Positions 1 to 9,443 of a stretch of DNA of 64,000 bases are shown here, in pieces. Source of the stretch: Candidatus Neptunichlamydia sp. (GTDB lineage Bacteria > Chlamydiota > Chlamydiia > Chlamydiales > Simkaniaceae); NCBI GenBank assembly GCA_965233865.1, contig OZ247587.1, forward strand, positions 1,600,001-1,664,000, in the 5' to 3' direction. Each line of letters starts with the position of its first letter. The stretch's first letter is position 1. The position numbers and the translations under genes were made by a program. The notes below the pieces were generated by a model. That model ran no database searches. It was given only the letters and a program-made list of their open reading frames with translations, and was not told the origin of the DNA.

Positions 1-1
1 G

Positions 2-382
2 ATCCAGTCCAGCCCCCTTCCTGTTCCTCAAGGAGCTGTGACTTCTCACCTTGAATCTCTAAAGAAAAGCCTGAAGGAAGCGAAGGCCTATGCAAGGATT
101 GCCTTAGATGAGCTACATAAAACTCAAGGAACCTCCCAAGACCCAGAAACTGGCCGCCTAATCTTTGCACAGATAGAGCTTGAAACACTCGATGCCTACA
201 CCTGTTTTTTGCAAGATCCTGACCGAACCTTCCTCCCTGTACTTGAGAGGAAATATCGCCCATCCGTTTGGAATCAAGTCGATCCTCAGCTCAAATGGCA
301 TTACCTTCACTCTAAGTGGGACGCATACCTCTCTCTTATTGAGTTTTATATTGATCAATTAAATCAAGCAGGGCACTGGTAA
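2..382 (+). CDS. Hypothetical protein, probably 5'-partial
   Basis: ORF 38..382 stays open in frame back to the window edge (ATC CAG TCC...); no recognisable motif. Confidence 0.55.
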   Translation: MQSSPLPVPQGAVTSHLESLKKSLKEAKAYARIALDELHKTQGTSQDPETGRLIFAQIELETLDAYTCFLQDPDRTFLPVLERKYRPSVWNQVDPQLKWHYLHSKWDAYLSLIEFYIDQLNQAGHW

Positions 383-640
383 CGTTGAGGACTTATCCGA
401 GTGAGTAGTTAGATTGCGGGGCGCCAGTTGACTACAATGTCCTTCTCGAATGAGTATCCGCAGAAAATTGATAGATATTTTCGGTGTTCAGTATCTTTTT
501 TCTAAGTTGGCAAAAGACCCTGTGATTTGGGGTGGTGTCTCTAAGGTTAAAACCCATTAAACAATTCGAGCAGGGGTTTACAAAAAGGATGGTATCGGAT
601 TTAGTGAAATTTAGGTGGTAACCTAAGAAAGGGTGATTGA

Positions 641-1393
641 ATGGATAAAGCAGTTTGGTTTTACATGGTGGGGGATGATAAGGAAGGGCCGATCTCCCAC
701 AATGGTCTTCAGGATATGCTCAATAAGGGGAAAGTGAATTCTGCAACGCTGGTATGGAGTCAGTCTCAGGAAGATTGGCTCCAAATTTCTGAAGTAGAAC
801 AGTTTAATATGACCACCTTGGATGAAACCCCAACGATTGAAATTCAAAAGAAGGGGTTTTATTCAAGAGAAACTGATCAGGACTATATCCGTTCTCGCCC
901 TTGGGTTCGATTTTGGGCACGAATGATTGACTATTCTCTTTTTATCATTATCTTATCCATTTTTATTGGTTATTTCGATATTGGCTTAGGAGTTATCAGC
1001 TCTTATACCGGGATGCTTGCGGTTTTCTTGTGGATTTTTCTCGAAGCTTTTTTAATTGCAACAGTAGGAACCACTCCTGGTAAGTGGTTTCTTCGTGTGG
1101 TCATTCGCGATGAGAATCACCAAAAACTTTCGTTTTCAGGGAGCTTAAACCGCAGTTTTTCTGTTTGGTGGCTTGGAATGGGAGCAGGGCTTCCAATTGT
1201 CTCATTTATCACCATGATTGTAGCGGCTGTGAAGCTCAATAGCACTGGGATGACTTCCTGGGATCGGAGAAGTGACTTCCGTATTTTTCATGGAAAAATA
1301 GGGGTTGTTCGTACCCTTATTGTGATTCTTTTTTTCCTCTGCTATGCTTGGGTTGTTTCTTGGGGGCAATTGCAAATGATAAACCAACAATAA
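641..1393 (+). CDS. RDD family membrane protein with N-terminal GYF_2/DUF4339 domain
   Basis: WFY..GP.S...L......G......TLVW..S.EDW (GYF_2), then RPWVRFWARMIDY, GTTPGKWFLRV and SWD (RDD). Confidence 0.85.
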   Translation: MDKAVWFYMVGDDKEGPISHNGLQDMLNKGKVNSATLVWSQSQEDWLQISEVEQFNMTTLDETPTIEIQKKGFYSRETDQDYIRSRPWVRFWARMIDYSLFIIILSIFIGYFDIGLGVISSYTGMLAVFLWIFLEAFLIATVGTTPGKWFLRVVIRDENHQKLSFSGSLNRSFSVWWLGMGAGLPIVSFITMIVAAVKLNSTGMTSWDRRSDFRIFHGKIGVVRTLIVILFFLCYAWVVSWGQLQMINQQ

Positions 1394-1397
1394 TGAT

Positions 1398-2183
1398 ATG
1401 ACTTGCATTGAAAAAAAAGAAGTTTCCGAAGGACTCTATCTTTATCAAATTCAGGTTCTAGAAGATAATTATACCTATCTATTGACTTGGGATAAGAATG
1501 CCCTTGTTGTTGACCCCGGAGATGCAGGGCCTATTCTAAACCTTCTTGAACAAGAAAATCTTAAACTGATCAATATCTTGATTACGCATTATCACGATGA
1601 TCATACAGGGGGCATTGAAACTCTAATAAAAAAAACTGCATGCCATGTGATTGGTCCGGATGACGGCCGGATCCCAAAGCTTGAGCAGTCGGTGGATGAA
1701 GGGGAAGAACTGGTGTTTGGGCCCTTTACAATTAATGTTTTTTCTACTCCTGGTCATACAAAACCTCATATCGTCTATTTCTTTCATGAACTACGTTTGC
1801 TCTTCAGTGGAGATCTCATCTTTGCAGGAGGGTGTGGTAAACTATTTGAGGGAACACCCCAAGAGATGTGGAATTCTCTTGAGAAGATCTTAGCTCTTCC
1901 TGACGATACGATGATTTATTGTGGACATGAATATACAGTGAAGAATCTCGAGTTTGGAGTTTCTCTTGAATCTAATAATGAGAAGCTCCAAAAGCGCCTG
2001 GAAGAAGCAAAAAAGCAGCAAGATGAAGGAAATCCAACCGTTCCCTCAACCTTAGCTGAAGAAAAAGAAACCAATCCTTTTCTAAGGGTTAAAACAGAGG
2101 TATTTCAAAAAGCTCTTGGTATTACTGATACCGATCCAGCGTCTCTCTTTGCTCATATTAGGAAGCTCAAAGATGAACTTTAA
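1398..2183 (+). CDS. gloB: Hydroxyacylglutathione hydrolase (glyoxalase II)
   Basis: THYHDDHTGG, TPGHT, FSGDLIF..GCG, CGHEYT..N, EKETNPFLR. Confidence 0.92.
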   Translation: MTCIEKKEVSEGLYLYQIQVLEDNYTYLLTWDKNALVVDPGDAGPILNLLEQENLKLINILITHYHDDHTGGIETLIKKTACHVIGPDDGRIPKLEQSVDEGEELVFGPFTINVFSTPGHTKPHIVYFFHELRLLFSGDLIFAGGCGKLFEGTPQEMWNSLEKILALPDDTMIYCGHEYTVKNLEFGVSLESNNEKLQKRLEEAKKQQDEGNPTVPSTLAEEKETNPFLRVKTEVFQKALGITDTDPASLFAHIRKLKDEL

Positions 2184-3460
2184 CTTAGCCTCACTCTGAC
2201 GACTTCATGTTGTGAACGGCAATAGGTTTCTCGAATCAAAAATAGGGAAATAAAGAAAGCGACCGCATAGAAAATGGGCATTAAAAATAATCCCTGTTGA
2301 TAATTAGCCACAGAGTAGGTGTACGATCCGTCAGGAGTTCCCCATTCAATGAAAAGGCTCACAATAGGTGGGATAATTGCTGCAGTGAGGGTGATTGCCG
2401 AATTGTTAAATCCGATAGAGGTAGCCTGAAGATTCTCCTGCACATTTTCGGAAATTGCTGCAAAAGCTGGGCTACAACCAGAGCTTGCAAGTCCAATACA
2501 GAAAAACAAGAAAGCAAGAACAAAAACTTCATTTGTAGGAAGATAGACAATTAGACTGCTGGCAACAATTCCAATGAGTGAGCTAAAAATTAAAGGCAGT
2601 TTTCGTCTTTTGATGCTATCTGAAATTTTTCCAGAAAGGGGAGCTCCTAGAGCATAACCAATCCATAACATAGAAGAAAGGGAAGCTGAGACTGTTCTAC
2701 TGAGCCCCTTGGCTTGTAGATAGCTGGTTCCCCAATACGCACCAAGAAGAGGTAATGAGACATAAACAAATGCAGAAAAGAGGGCAATGAGCCAAGCTTG
2801 TTTGTTTTGCATTAGCGATTTCAATCTATCAATTAAAGGTGATGGATAAGGTTCTAGGTGGATGATTTCATCTTTCTTTCTCGATGGGGAGTTGCGAACA
2901 AATACTCCAATCATGGTCCCAAGAAGAAGCCCAAGTACTCCAATAACCATCAGGATTAATCGCCAGTCATTGTTGAAGAGAGAAAGGGTATAGGATAGTG
3001 GACCACCAGCTAAAAAAGGACCCATTGCTCCAAGAAAATTAGCAATCCCTACTATCAGAGCAAAGTGTCTTTTCGGAAACCAATTTAGAGATAAAACAAG
3101 AAGGCTAACATAAGCGCTTGAAGCCCCAAGTCCCATAAAAGCTCTGCTGATAAAGGCCGTTCCAAAGTGATGGGTTATAGCAAACCCAAAAACGCCTATC
3201 GCACATGAGAAAGCAGAGAGGGTTAAGAGGGTGCGTGCTCCAAACTTATCTACAAGAATCCCGATAGGGATTTGCATGAGTGCATAGGGAAGGAAATATG
3301 CGGCGGCGATGAGCGCATAACTAGAGGCATCAAGATGAAGGTCTAGCATGATTTGATTTGAAACAGTTGAGAGGAACATCTGAAGAAAAAATTCATATAG
3401 ATAGAAAAATGAGGCTAACATCCAGATAAAAAAGCCAATAAGAGAAAGCTTTTGCTTCAT
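2180..3460 (-). CDS. MFS transporter
   Basis: About 12 hydrophobic segments; MFS motif A GILVDKFGAR and GKISDSIKRRK. Confidence 0.9.
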   Translation of the reverse strand: MKQKLSLIGFFIWMLASFFYLYEFFLQMFLSTVSNQIMLDLHLDASSYALIAAAYFLPYALMQIPIGILVDKFGARTLLTLSAFSCAIGVFGFAITHHFGTAFISRAFMGLGASSAYVSLLVLSLNWFPKRHFALIVGIANFLGAMGPFLAGGPLSYTLSLFNNDWRLILMVIGVLGLLLGTMIGVFVRNSPSRKKDEIIHLEPYPSPLIDRLKSLMQNKQAWLIALFSAFVYVSLPLLGAYWGTSYLQAKGLSRTVSASLSSMLWIGYALGAPLSGKISDSIKRRKLPLIFSSLIGIVASSLIVYLPTNEVFVLAFLFFCIGLASSGCSPAFAAISENVQENLQATSIGFNNSAITLTAAIIPPIVSLFIEWGTPDGSYTYSVANYQQGLFLMPIFYAVAFFISLFLIRETYCRSQHEVVRVRLS

Positions 3461-4479
3461 TAGTTATCTACAATACTTGGCTCAATGGTAGGAGGCCCCA
3501 ACTTAATTTGTGGAGGAGGAGATTGTACTGCCAAGCAAATTTCGATAATTCCTTGTCCTTCATAAACTTGAGGGTGTGTTGTTATAGCGGAGATAATTCC
3601 CGACCGGGGGGTAAGGATGTCGATGCTTGCTGAGGTTCCAAAGGGGTCCGCGATGCTTGCAATGACTTGATCTTGCTGAACTGGTTGACCGATTTTTTTT
3701 CTCAAATGGAAAAGGCCACTTGTTGGGGCACGAATCCACAGACTTTCTGAAAAAGTCAGGACCTCAGTTTTTTTTGGCTCGCTTTTGAGTTGAATCATAT
3801 GTAATTGTTTCAAAACTTTAATAATCCCCTTCACACCGATCTTTGCTGAATAGTCATCGATTCGGTGGGCTTCTCCCCCCTCGTAAATTAAAGTAGGGCA
3901 TTTAGGGAGGCCACTTTCGGAGTAGAAAAATCCTGTTTTTTCTATGGAGGGGAGGACGATGGGTGCCCCGAAATTTTGAGCCATCTGAGTCGCTTCACGA
4001 TCATCAGGATGATAATGGACTTGGGGGAATTTGTAGATATGACTTTCCCCACACCGAATATTAATACAGTGTGTCATAAGATTGATTACTTCACTTGTGA
4101 AGAGGTGGGCGAGGCGGGAGGCAAATGAACCTTTTTCTGATCCAGGAAAACTGTTTGCTAAGTCGTGACCATCGGGAAGAAGTCGAGAATGGTTGATGAG
4201 TCCGTAAACATTCATGACAGGGACACAAATCAGTGTCCCGCGCAACTTCTTAAGAAGGCTTAAATTTAATAGGCGGTGAACGATATCAATCCCATTGGAC
4301 TCATCTCCATAAAGGGTTGCGCAAATAAGCATACGAGGGCCTGCTTGTTTTCCATGAATGATGTGCATAGGAATATGCATCGGAGCGCAGGAATAGATTT
4401 CTGGTGTGGGAAGAGCTAAAGTCAACTTTTCCCCAGGCTGAACCTCAATTCCACAGATTTGTAATGGATCATTCCTCAT
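3460..4479 (-). CDS. Succinylglutamate desuccinylase/aspartoacylase (M14-like) family protein with degenerate metal site
   Basis: GDESNG, LRGTLICVPVMNVYG, SFPGSEKGSFASRLA, YEGGEA, C-terminal WIRAPTSG biotinyl-like domain. Confidence 0.85.
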   Translation of the reverse strand: MRNDPLQICGIEVQPGEKLTLALPTPEIYSCAPMHIPMHIIHGKQAGPRMLICATLYGDESNGIDIVHRLLNLSLLKKLRGTLICVPVMNVYGLINHSRLLPDGHDLANSFPGSEKGSFASRLAHLFTSEVINLMTHCINIRCGESHIYKFPQVHYHPDDREATQMAQNFGAPIVLPSIEKTGFFYSESGLPKCPTLIYEGGEAHRIDDYSAKIGVKGIIKVLKQLHMIQLKSEPKKTEVLTFSESLWIRAPTSGLFHLRKKIGQPVQQDQVIASIADPFGTSASIDILTPRSGIISAITTHPQVYEGQGIIEICLAVQSPPPQIKLGPPTIEPSIVDN

Positions 4480-4511
4480 AGGTTTAAACGTAACAACTTA
4501 GAAGGAATTAA

Positions 4512-5315
4512 TCAATGTTTAATGAAATTATTGTGTGCTTGGTGCCAGTTATATTGAACAGGGCGTTTATTGTCCTTGTCGTAGCGAACCTGAATTGAAA
4601 TGTAGGGGTAAGAATGGCTGTTATCAAAGTCTCTTCCTTCGGTTTCATGGTAGAGAGTGATGGCGACTTCTTTATTATACCACGAAGGGGTAGAAGCTAT
4701 ACTGAGGGTTTCGGAGCGTCTTAAAGATTCCTTATAATAGTCAAGAAGAGTATCGATCACAACCTGAGGGGCATGCTCGAGTCCTGCAACATAAAAATCC
4801 ACCTCAGCTCCGATAAGATGCTTTGAGGTGTGTCCAGTCTTAGAGGGATCGGCATAGAGGTTATGATTGGGGCATCTATGTCCACAAGTGACCACTACTT
4901 TCTTTCCTGTTGCCTCCTGAACATGATTAAGCAGACCGATAAGGATGGGATAAATAAATTCTTTTCCATTTTTGATTGGTAGGGTATGGGTTTCGATGCC
5001 CCCACAGTCGAGATGATAGACTAGATCTGTTTGTCGATGTATCTGAATGGGAGGGTTTAAGATAGCTCCCTGGCATCTGAAAAACTCTTTGGTAATCCTC
5101 AGATGGGACCCGATTTTTTTCCTCTCCCAAGGATAAGGAGTTCTTTTTTTTGGAGGGTGGGTGGTTTTGGGAAAGAGAATTTCATCAGACTGACGTTGAA
5201 TGGGTCGGAATGTAAGGTTGCGCTCGCGGATCTTTTTTCTTTCAGATTTTTCTAGCCCTGAACACCCTGCTAAAACACTCAAAATAAAGAGTAAAAGATA
5301 AATTATTCGCTTCAT
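4512..5315 (-). CDS. Chlamydial conserved lipoprotein with peptidase M15-like motifs
   Basis: Start re-called at MKRIIY (5315); lipobox VLAG-C; VTCGHRCPNHN and SKHLIGAEVDF resemble M15 motifs. Confidence 0.65.
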   Translation of the reverse strand: MKRIIYLLLFILSVLAGCSGLEKSERKKIRERNLTFRPIQRQSDEILFPKTTHPPKKRTPYPWERKKIGSHLRITKEFFRCQGAILNPPIQIHRQTDLVYHLDCGGIETHTLPIKNGKEFIYPILIGLLNHVQEATGKKVVVTCGHRCPNHNLYADPSKTGHTSKHLIGAEVDFYVAGLEHAPQVVIDTLLDYYKESLRRSETLSIASTPSWYNKEVAITLYHETEGRDFDNSHSYPYISIQVRYDKDNKRPVQYNWHQAHNNFIKH

Positions 5316-5384
5316 ACCACCCCAATATATCAGGGTTTGCAAAAAAAAATCGAGCGGATTATTTGTAGAGAAAAGAAGGTTGGG

Positions 5385-6638
5385 ATGAAGAAAGTACTGA
5401 TTATCGAGAAACATCTCTCGTCTCGGGAGTTGCTTCTAGAGCTACTAAAGGGGAAGAAACTCCAGCTCTTTACTGTTGAAGACGGGATAGCTGCCTTGGA
5501 TCTACTCAAAAAACATTCTTTTGATCTTATTTTAAGTGATTTAAAAGGAATTAAGGCCTTAGATCGTTCTCAGAGGCGTCCTTTAAGTACTCCAATTGTC
5601 CATTTGAAATCTGGCGAAGACCCCTTATTAAAAAATATTGTGCATGTACTAGAAAAACCCTTGAATTCACAGGGAGTAAGTACTCTCCTTCTAAATCTTT
5701 TACAAAATCGATCAAAAAAAATGCATGTTGTTGCAGATAGTCCTGCAATGAAAACGATTCTTAGGCAAGTCGAACAAATTGCAAAGAGTCATTCTAATGT
5801 CTTTATCTGCGGGGAGTCAGGAACAGGAAAAGAAGTCATTGCGGGGCTGATTCATGAAGGGTCACGTCGCTCTGGCCACCCTTTCATTCGAGTGAACTGT
5901 GCGGCGCTTGCCGATACTCTAATCGAGTCTGAGTTTTTTGGTCATGAAAAAGGGGCCTTTACCGGGGCACTCCAAAAGAAAGCAGGACGTTTTGAGCGTG
6001 CCGATAAAGGAACGCTTCTCCTTGATGAAGTTTCTGAAATTCCGGCATCTCTTCAGGCAAAACTTCTTCGCATTGTGCAGGAGCAGGAGTTTGAACGGGT
6101 AGGAGGGACTGGGATTATTCATGTCGATGTTCGGCTTGTGTCCACTTCAAACCGTCTGATGAAAGAGGCCATAAAAAGTGGGGAATTTCGCGCAGATCTT
6201 TACTACCGTCTCAATGTGATTCCCATTTTTTTGCCACCTCTAAGAGAGAGAAAGGAAGATATTCTTCCTCTAGCACGCCATTTTGTGCAAGTGGTTTGTG
6301 CTCGGAATCAAATCACCGTGAAAACACTTTCTAAAAAAGCAGAGAAAAAACTCCTTGCATACTCTTGGCCAGGGAATATCCGTGAGCTGCGTAATTGCAT
6401 TGAGCATGGCGTTGTTATGGATTACTCTGAAACTCTTGAAGAAGAACACTTTTCGATAGAATCTGATCAATCAGCACCTGATGCTTTAGTCTCCCTAAAA
6501 GATCTTGAAAAAGACCACATATTAAGGGTGCTCGAAGCCCTTGGGGGGAATCGAACTCAGGCTGCAAAAGTTCTTGGAATCAGCGTGAGAACCCTCCGCA
6601 ACAAGCTGAGCACCTACAAATCTTCTTGTATAAGCTGA
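5385..6638 (+). CDS. atoC: Sigma-54-dependent NtrC/AtoC-family activator (CtcC-like)
   Basis: GESGTGKE, GAFTGA, LLLDEV, WPGNIREL, Fis HTH GNRTQAAKVLGIS; start re-called at MKKVL. Confidence 0.88.
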   Translation: MKKVLIIEKHLSSRELLLELLKGKKLQLFTVEDGIAALDLLKKHSFDLILSDLKGIKALDRSQRRPLSTPIVHLKSGEDPLLKNIVHVLEKPLNSQGVSTLLLNLLQNRSKKMHVVADSPAMKTILRQVEQIAKSHSNVFICGESGTGKEVIAGLIHEGSRRSGHPFIRVNCAALADTLIESEFFGHEKGAFTGALQKKAGRFERADKGTLLLDEVSEIPASLQAKLLRIVQEQEFERVGGTGIIHVDVRLVSTSNRLMKEAIKSGEFRADLYYRLNVIPIFLPPLRERKEDILPLARHFVQVVCARNQITVKTLSKKAEKKLLAYSWPGNIRELRNCIEHGVVMDYSETLEEEHFSIESDQSAPDALVSLKDLEKDHILRVLEALGGNRTQAAKVLGISVRTLRNKLSTYKSSCIS

Positions 6639-6654
6639 AGCCTATCTTGTTCAA

Positions 6655-7320
6655 TTACTGGTAAAGAGACGTTAAAGAAGGGTAGTAACGCATCGAATCT
6701 TTAGGAATTTCATCCATTTGAGGATGGTTTGGCGAGCAGATAAGGACAGGGGTTATAGCAGCTCCTTTCAAGGCATTAATTCCCCTAAGTGCATCTTCAA
6801 ATCCTAACATATTGTTAGACTTTCCTAGGATCTTGATGGCTTTTAGATAAGCATCGGGTGAAGGCTTGGGATTTTCATAATCTTCTCGAGTAACCCAATA
6901 AGGAATGGTGTTCAATGCGGGGATTTTGTCTCGGATCATTTCAGTTTGTTTTCTGGTAGAGTTTGTCACAACGGCATGGGGAATTTTTGCCATCTGGACG
7001 GTTTCTAGTATTGTCTGGGCTCCAGGCATTAGATCCAAGCTTCCTGCTTCAAGAAGTTTTCCATACTCGCTTTTTTTCTGATCGTAAAGAACTTCCCACG
7101 ATTCCTTTGCTACGAGCGTTGGGGCATGTGTTGTAATCATTTTTCTCAGACCCTCAGAACTTTTATGAGCGACTGCTGCAAAATTGGTAAAGCTCCACGG
7201 AAAAGAAACACCGCGATGCTCAAACATTCTTTGATAGGCTTGAAAGTGGAGGTGCTCGGTGTTGACAAGGAGACCATCAAAATCAAAAAATATTGGGGAG
7301 TATTCTAAAATCCAACTCAT
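6655..7320 (-). CDS. HAD-superfamily phosphatase
   Basis: FDFDGLLVNTE, VTNS, KPSPDAY, FEDA motifs. Confidence 0.9.
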   Translation of the reverse strand: MSWILEYSPIFFDFDGLLVNTEHLHFQAYQRMFEHRGVSFPWSFTNFAAVAHKSSEGLRKMITTHAPTLVAKESWEVLYDQKKSEYGKLLEAGSLDLMPGAQTILETVQMAKIPHAVVTNSTRKQTEMIRDKIPALNTIPYWVTREDYENPKPSPDAYLKAIKILGKSNNMLGFEDALRGINALKGAAITPVLICSPNHPQMDEIPKDSMRYYPSLTSLYQ

Positions 7321-7341
7321 AAAAAACCAGTTTTACAAATT

Positions 7342-7425
7342 TGCCGATGACTGGACTCGAACCAGCACTGCATTGCTACAAGCAGATTTTGAATCTACCG
7401 TGTCTACCAATTCCACCACATCGGC
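7342..7425 (-). tRNA. tRNA-Leu(CAA)
   Basis: Reverse complement GCCGATGTGGTGGAATTGGTAGACAC-GGTAGA-TTCAAAA-TCTGC, long variable arm, GGTTCGAGTCC...CATCGGCA; CCA not encoded. Confidence 0.95.
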
Positions 7426-7544
7426 GAAGCTACTGATTTTACACAGCTGTAGAATTAAATGTTAGTTTATTGTGAATGCTCCAGGCACTGGTAGCGTTGC
7501 GGGGATGAGAGCGATCTCAATAGTGTATGTTTTTCAAAAGCAAT

Positions 7545-8276
7545 TTAATATTGCACCCTAGTTAGAAATAGTCCCTGAGGGGGGGCAGTCGGCCCTGCTT
7601 GCGTTCTGTCTTTGGATTCCAGTAAGTTAGAGATGTTAGAGACAGGGCGCTTACCGGAGGCCACTTGAAGAAGAGTTCCTACGATATTGCGAACCATTTT
7701 ATACAGAAAGCCGCTTCCCTCAAATTCGAGTCTAATCCCCCCTTCTTCAGGGAGCATTTTAAGGCTATAGAGGGTTTTTATGGGATTTGTTGAGTTGTAA
7801 CCAGCTCCTCGGAAGGTTGAAAAGTCATGGGTGCCCATAAGAAGAGGGAGAGCCTCTTGGAGGAGATCCAGGTCAAGAGGGACGTAGATAGGAGTTCTGT
7901 AGCGACCATAGAAGGGGCTTTGAACAAGATCAAGATGAAGGTAATAATGATAAATCTTTTTTTTAACACTGTAGCGGGCATGAAATTCTTCAGATACGGG
8001 ATCAATCTCTAGAATGCGGATATCTGAAGGAAGGAGGGAATTGAGGGAGTAGCGAAAGGGACTAAGTTCAAAGGGAACATCACATGAAAAATGCGCGATT
8101 TGCCCTCGTGCATGAACCCCTGCATCGGTCCTCCCTGATCCAATAATAGGGCAATCTGTTCTGAGGATAATTTTCAAAGCATTTTGAATGAGTTCCTGAA
8201 CAGTTTTTCGGTTTGGCTGGACTTGCCAGCCACCGTAATTTGTTCCATCATAGCTAATGGTCATTTTATACTTCAT
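7545..8276 (-). CDS. truA: tRNA pseudouridine(38-40) synthase
   Basis: YDGTNYGGWQ, GSGRTDAGVHA, FHARY, FLYKMVRNIVG, TAPPQGL. Confidence 0.97.
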   Translation of the reverse strand: MKYKMTISYDGTNYGGWQVQPNRKTVQELIQNALKIILRTDCPIIGSGRTDAGVHARGQIAHFSCDVPFELSPFRYSLNSLLPSDIRILEIDPVSEEFHARYSVKKKIYHYYLHLDLVQSPFYGRYRTPIYVPLDLDLLQEALPLLMGTHDFSTFRGAGYNSTNPIKTLYSLKMLPEEGGIRLEFEGSGFLYKMVRNIVGTLLQVASGKRPVSNISNLLESKDRTQAGPTAPPQGLFLTRVQY

Positions 8277-8908
8277 AGGATTTCTGCAAGTTTGAGGTCG
8301 ATGGGGTAAGTAATTTTGATATTACTTGTGCAGCCGATCACAATTTTCACAGGATGGTTGATGTATTCAGCAAGTGCAACGTCGTCAGTAAGGGGGATTC
8401 CTTTTGCCGCTTGGTATCCTTTTTCATAGACTTCGCGTGCAAGGAGTTGAGGTGTATACATCTCGTAAAGAATGTTGCGATCGAGAGTTTTTTCAACATA
8501 CTTGTTGCCATTGACCTGCTTGATGGTGTTCTTTGTTGGAATGCCGAGAGCTGCGGCCTTTGCGGGCATTCCTTCTTTTAACAGTTTTAATACATCTTCT
8601 CGAGTAATAAAGGGACGTGCACCATCGTGAATGAGTAGAATTTCACCAGAAGTTTTCAAAGCCCCATTTTGAACAGAGTCTTGGCGTTTCCCCCCGGGGA
8701 GTGCAAAAAGGGTTTTGTCAGGAAAGAGGGATTGATGCTCTTTTGAACAGACCACAACAATTTCGTTAATCTCTTTCATCGATAGAAAGAGTTCAAAGCT
8801 GTGGAGGATCACAGGCTTTCCCCTCAAAGGAAGGAAGGTCTTTGGAACATCAGAATTCATTCGGGCTCCTAAGCCGCCTGCAAGTAAAATTAAAGATATT
8901 GTTTTCAT
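8273..8908 (-). CDS. ispD: 2-C-methyl-D-erythritol 4-phosphate cytidylyltransferase
   Basis: LLAGGLGARM..PK, RQDSV, IHDGARPF, TPQ, TDD, NIKITYPID; start re-called at MKTIS. Confidence 0.93.
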   Translation of the reverse strand: MKTISLILLAGGLGARMNSDVPKTFLPLRGKPVILHSFELFLSMKEINEIVVVCSKEHQSLFPDKTLFALPGGKRQDSVQNGALKTSGEILLIHDGARPFITREDVLKLLKEGMPAKAAALGIPTKNTIKQVNGNKYVEKTLDRNILYEMYTPQLLAREVYEKGYQAAKGIPLTDDVALAEYINHPVKIVIGCTSNIKITYPIDLKLAEIL

Positions 8909-8977
8909 GAATCTATTATAGAAAAGAAAAGGATATTTCGCACCCCCAATAAGGAGGTGCAAAGTTCACATCAGTGA

Positions 8978-9238
8978 TTACGAAAGATGATTGTTGACTT
9001 TCTTGGTCATGTCAAACATATTGATCGCCTTTTTGTCACCGAAAACTTTTGAAAGCTTCTCATCAGGAACGATGTTACGCATGTTGTCTGGGTCTTGTCT
9101 TTTGTGCTTTTTGATGTATGCCCAAAGTTTTTTAGTCACTTCAGTGCGTGGCATAGGTCCTTTTCCAACAACTTCAGCAAGCTCAGCGCTGATTTCCATT
9201 GGCTTCATAAACTTCGAATTAGCTGCTTTTTTTGCCAT
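8978..9238 (-). CDS. SWIB/MDM2 domain protein
   Basis: ISAELAEVVG..PMPRTEVTKKLWAYIKKH..QDP. Confidence 0.93.
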   Translation of the reverse strand: MAKKAANSKFMKPMEISAELAEVVGKGPMPRTEVTKKLWAYIKKHKRQDPDNMRNIVPDEKLSKVFGDKKAINMFDMTKKVNNHLS

Positions 9239-9443
9239 TTCGTGTTCTCCTTAAAAATTAGAAAAAAATATTGATTTAGATATGTTAGTTTTCCCTGATT
9301 CAAGACTTCATCTAAACATATATTAAAGTCACAAACAGGTGTTTTACATCAACTTGTAGCCTTCCTGGGGATTTATAGTCAAAAAAAAAAGCTCGATGAG
9401 AGAAAATCTTGCCATTTTCCAGATGAGATGGCAAGTTAGGGGT

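Noticed and set aside
515..580. Weak inverted repeat ACCCTG...CAGGGGT upstream of the RDD gene
   Set aside because: Too short and degenerate; no second copy seen in the window
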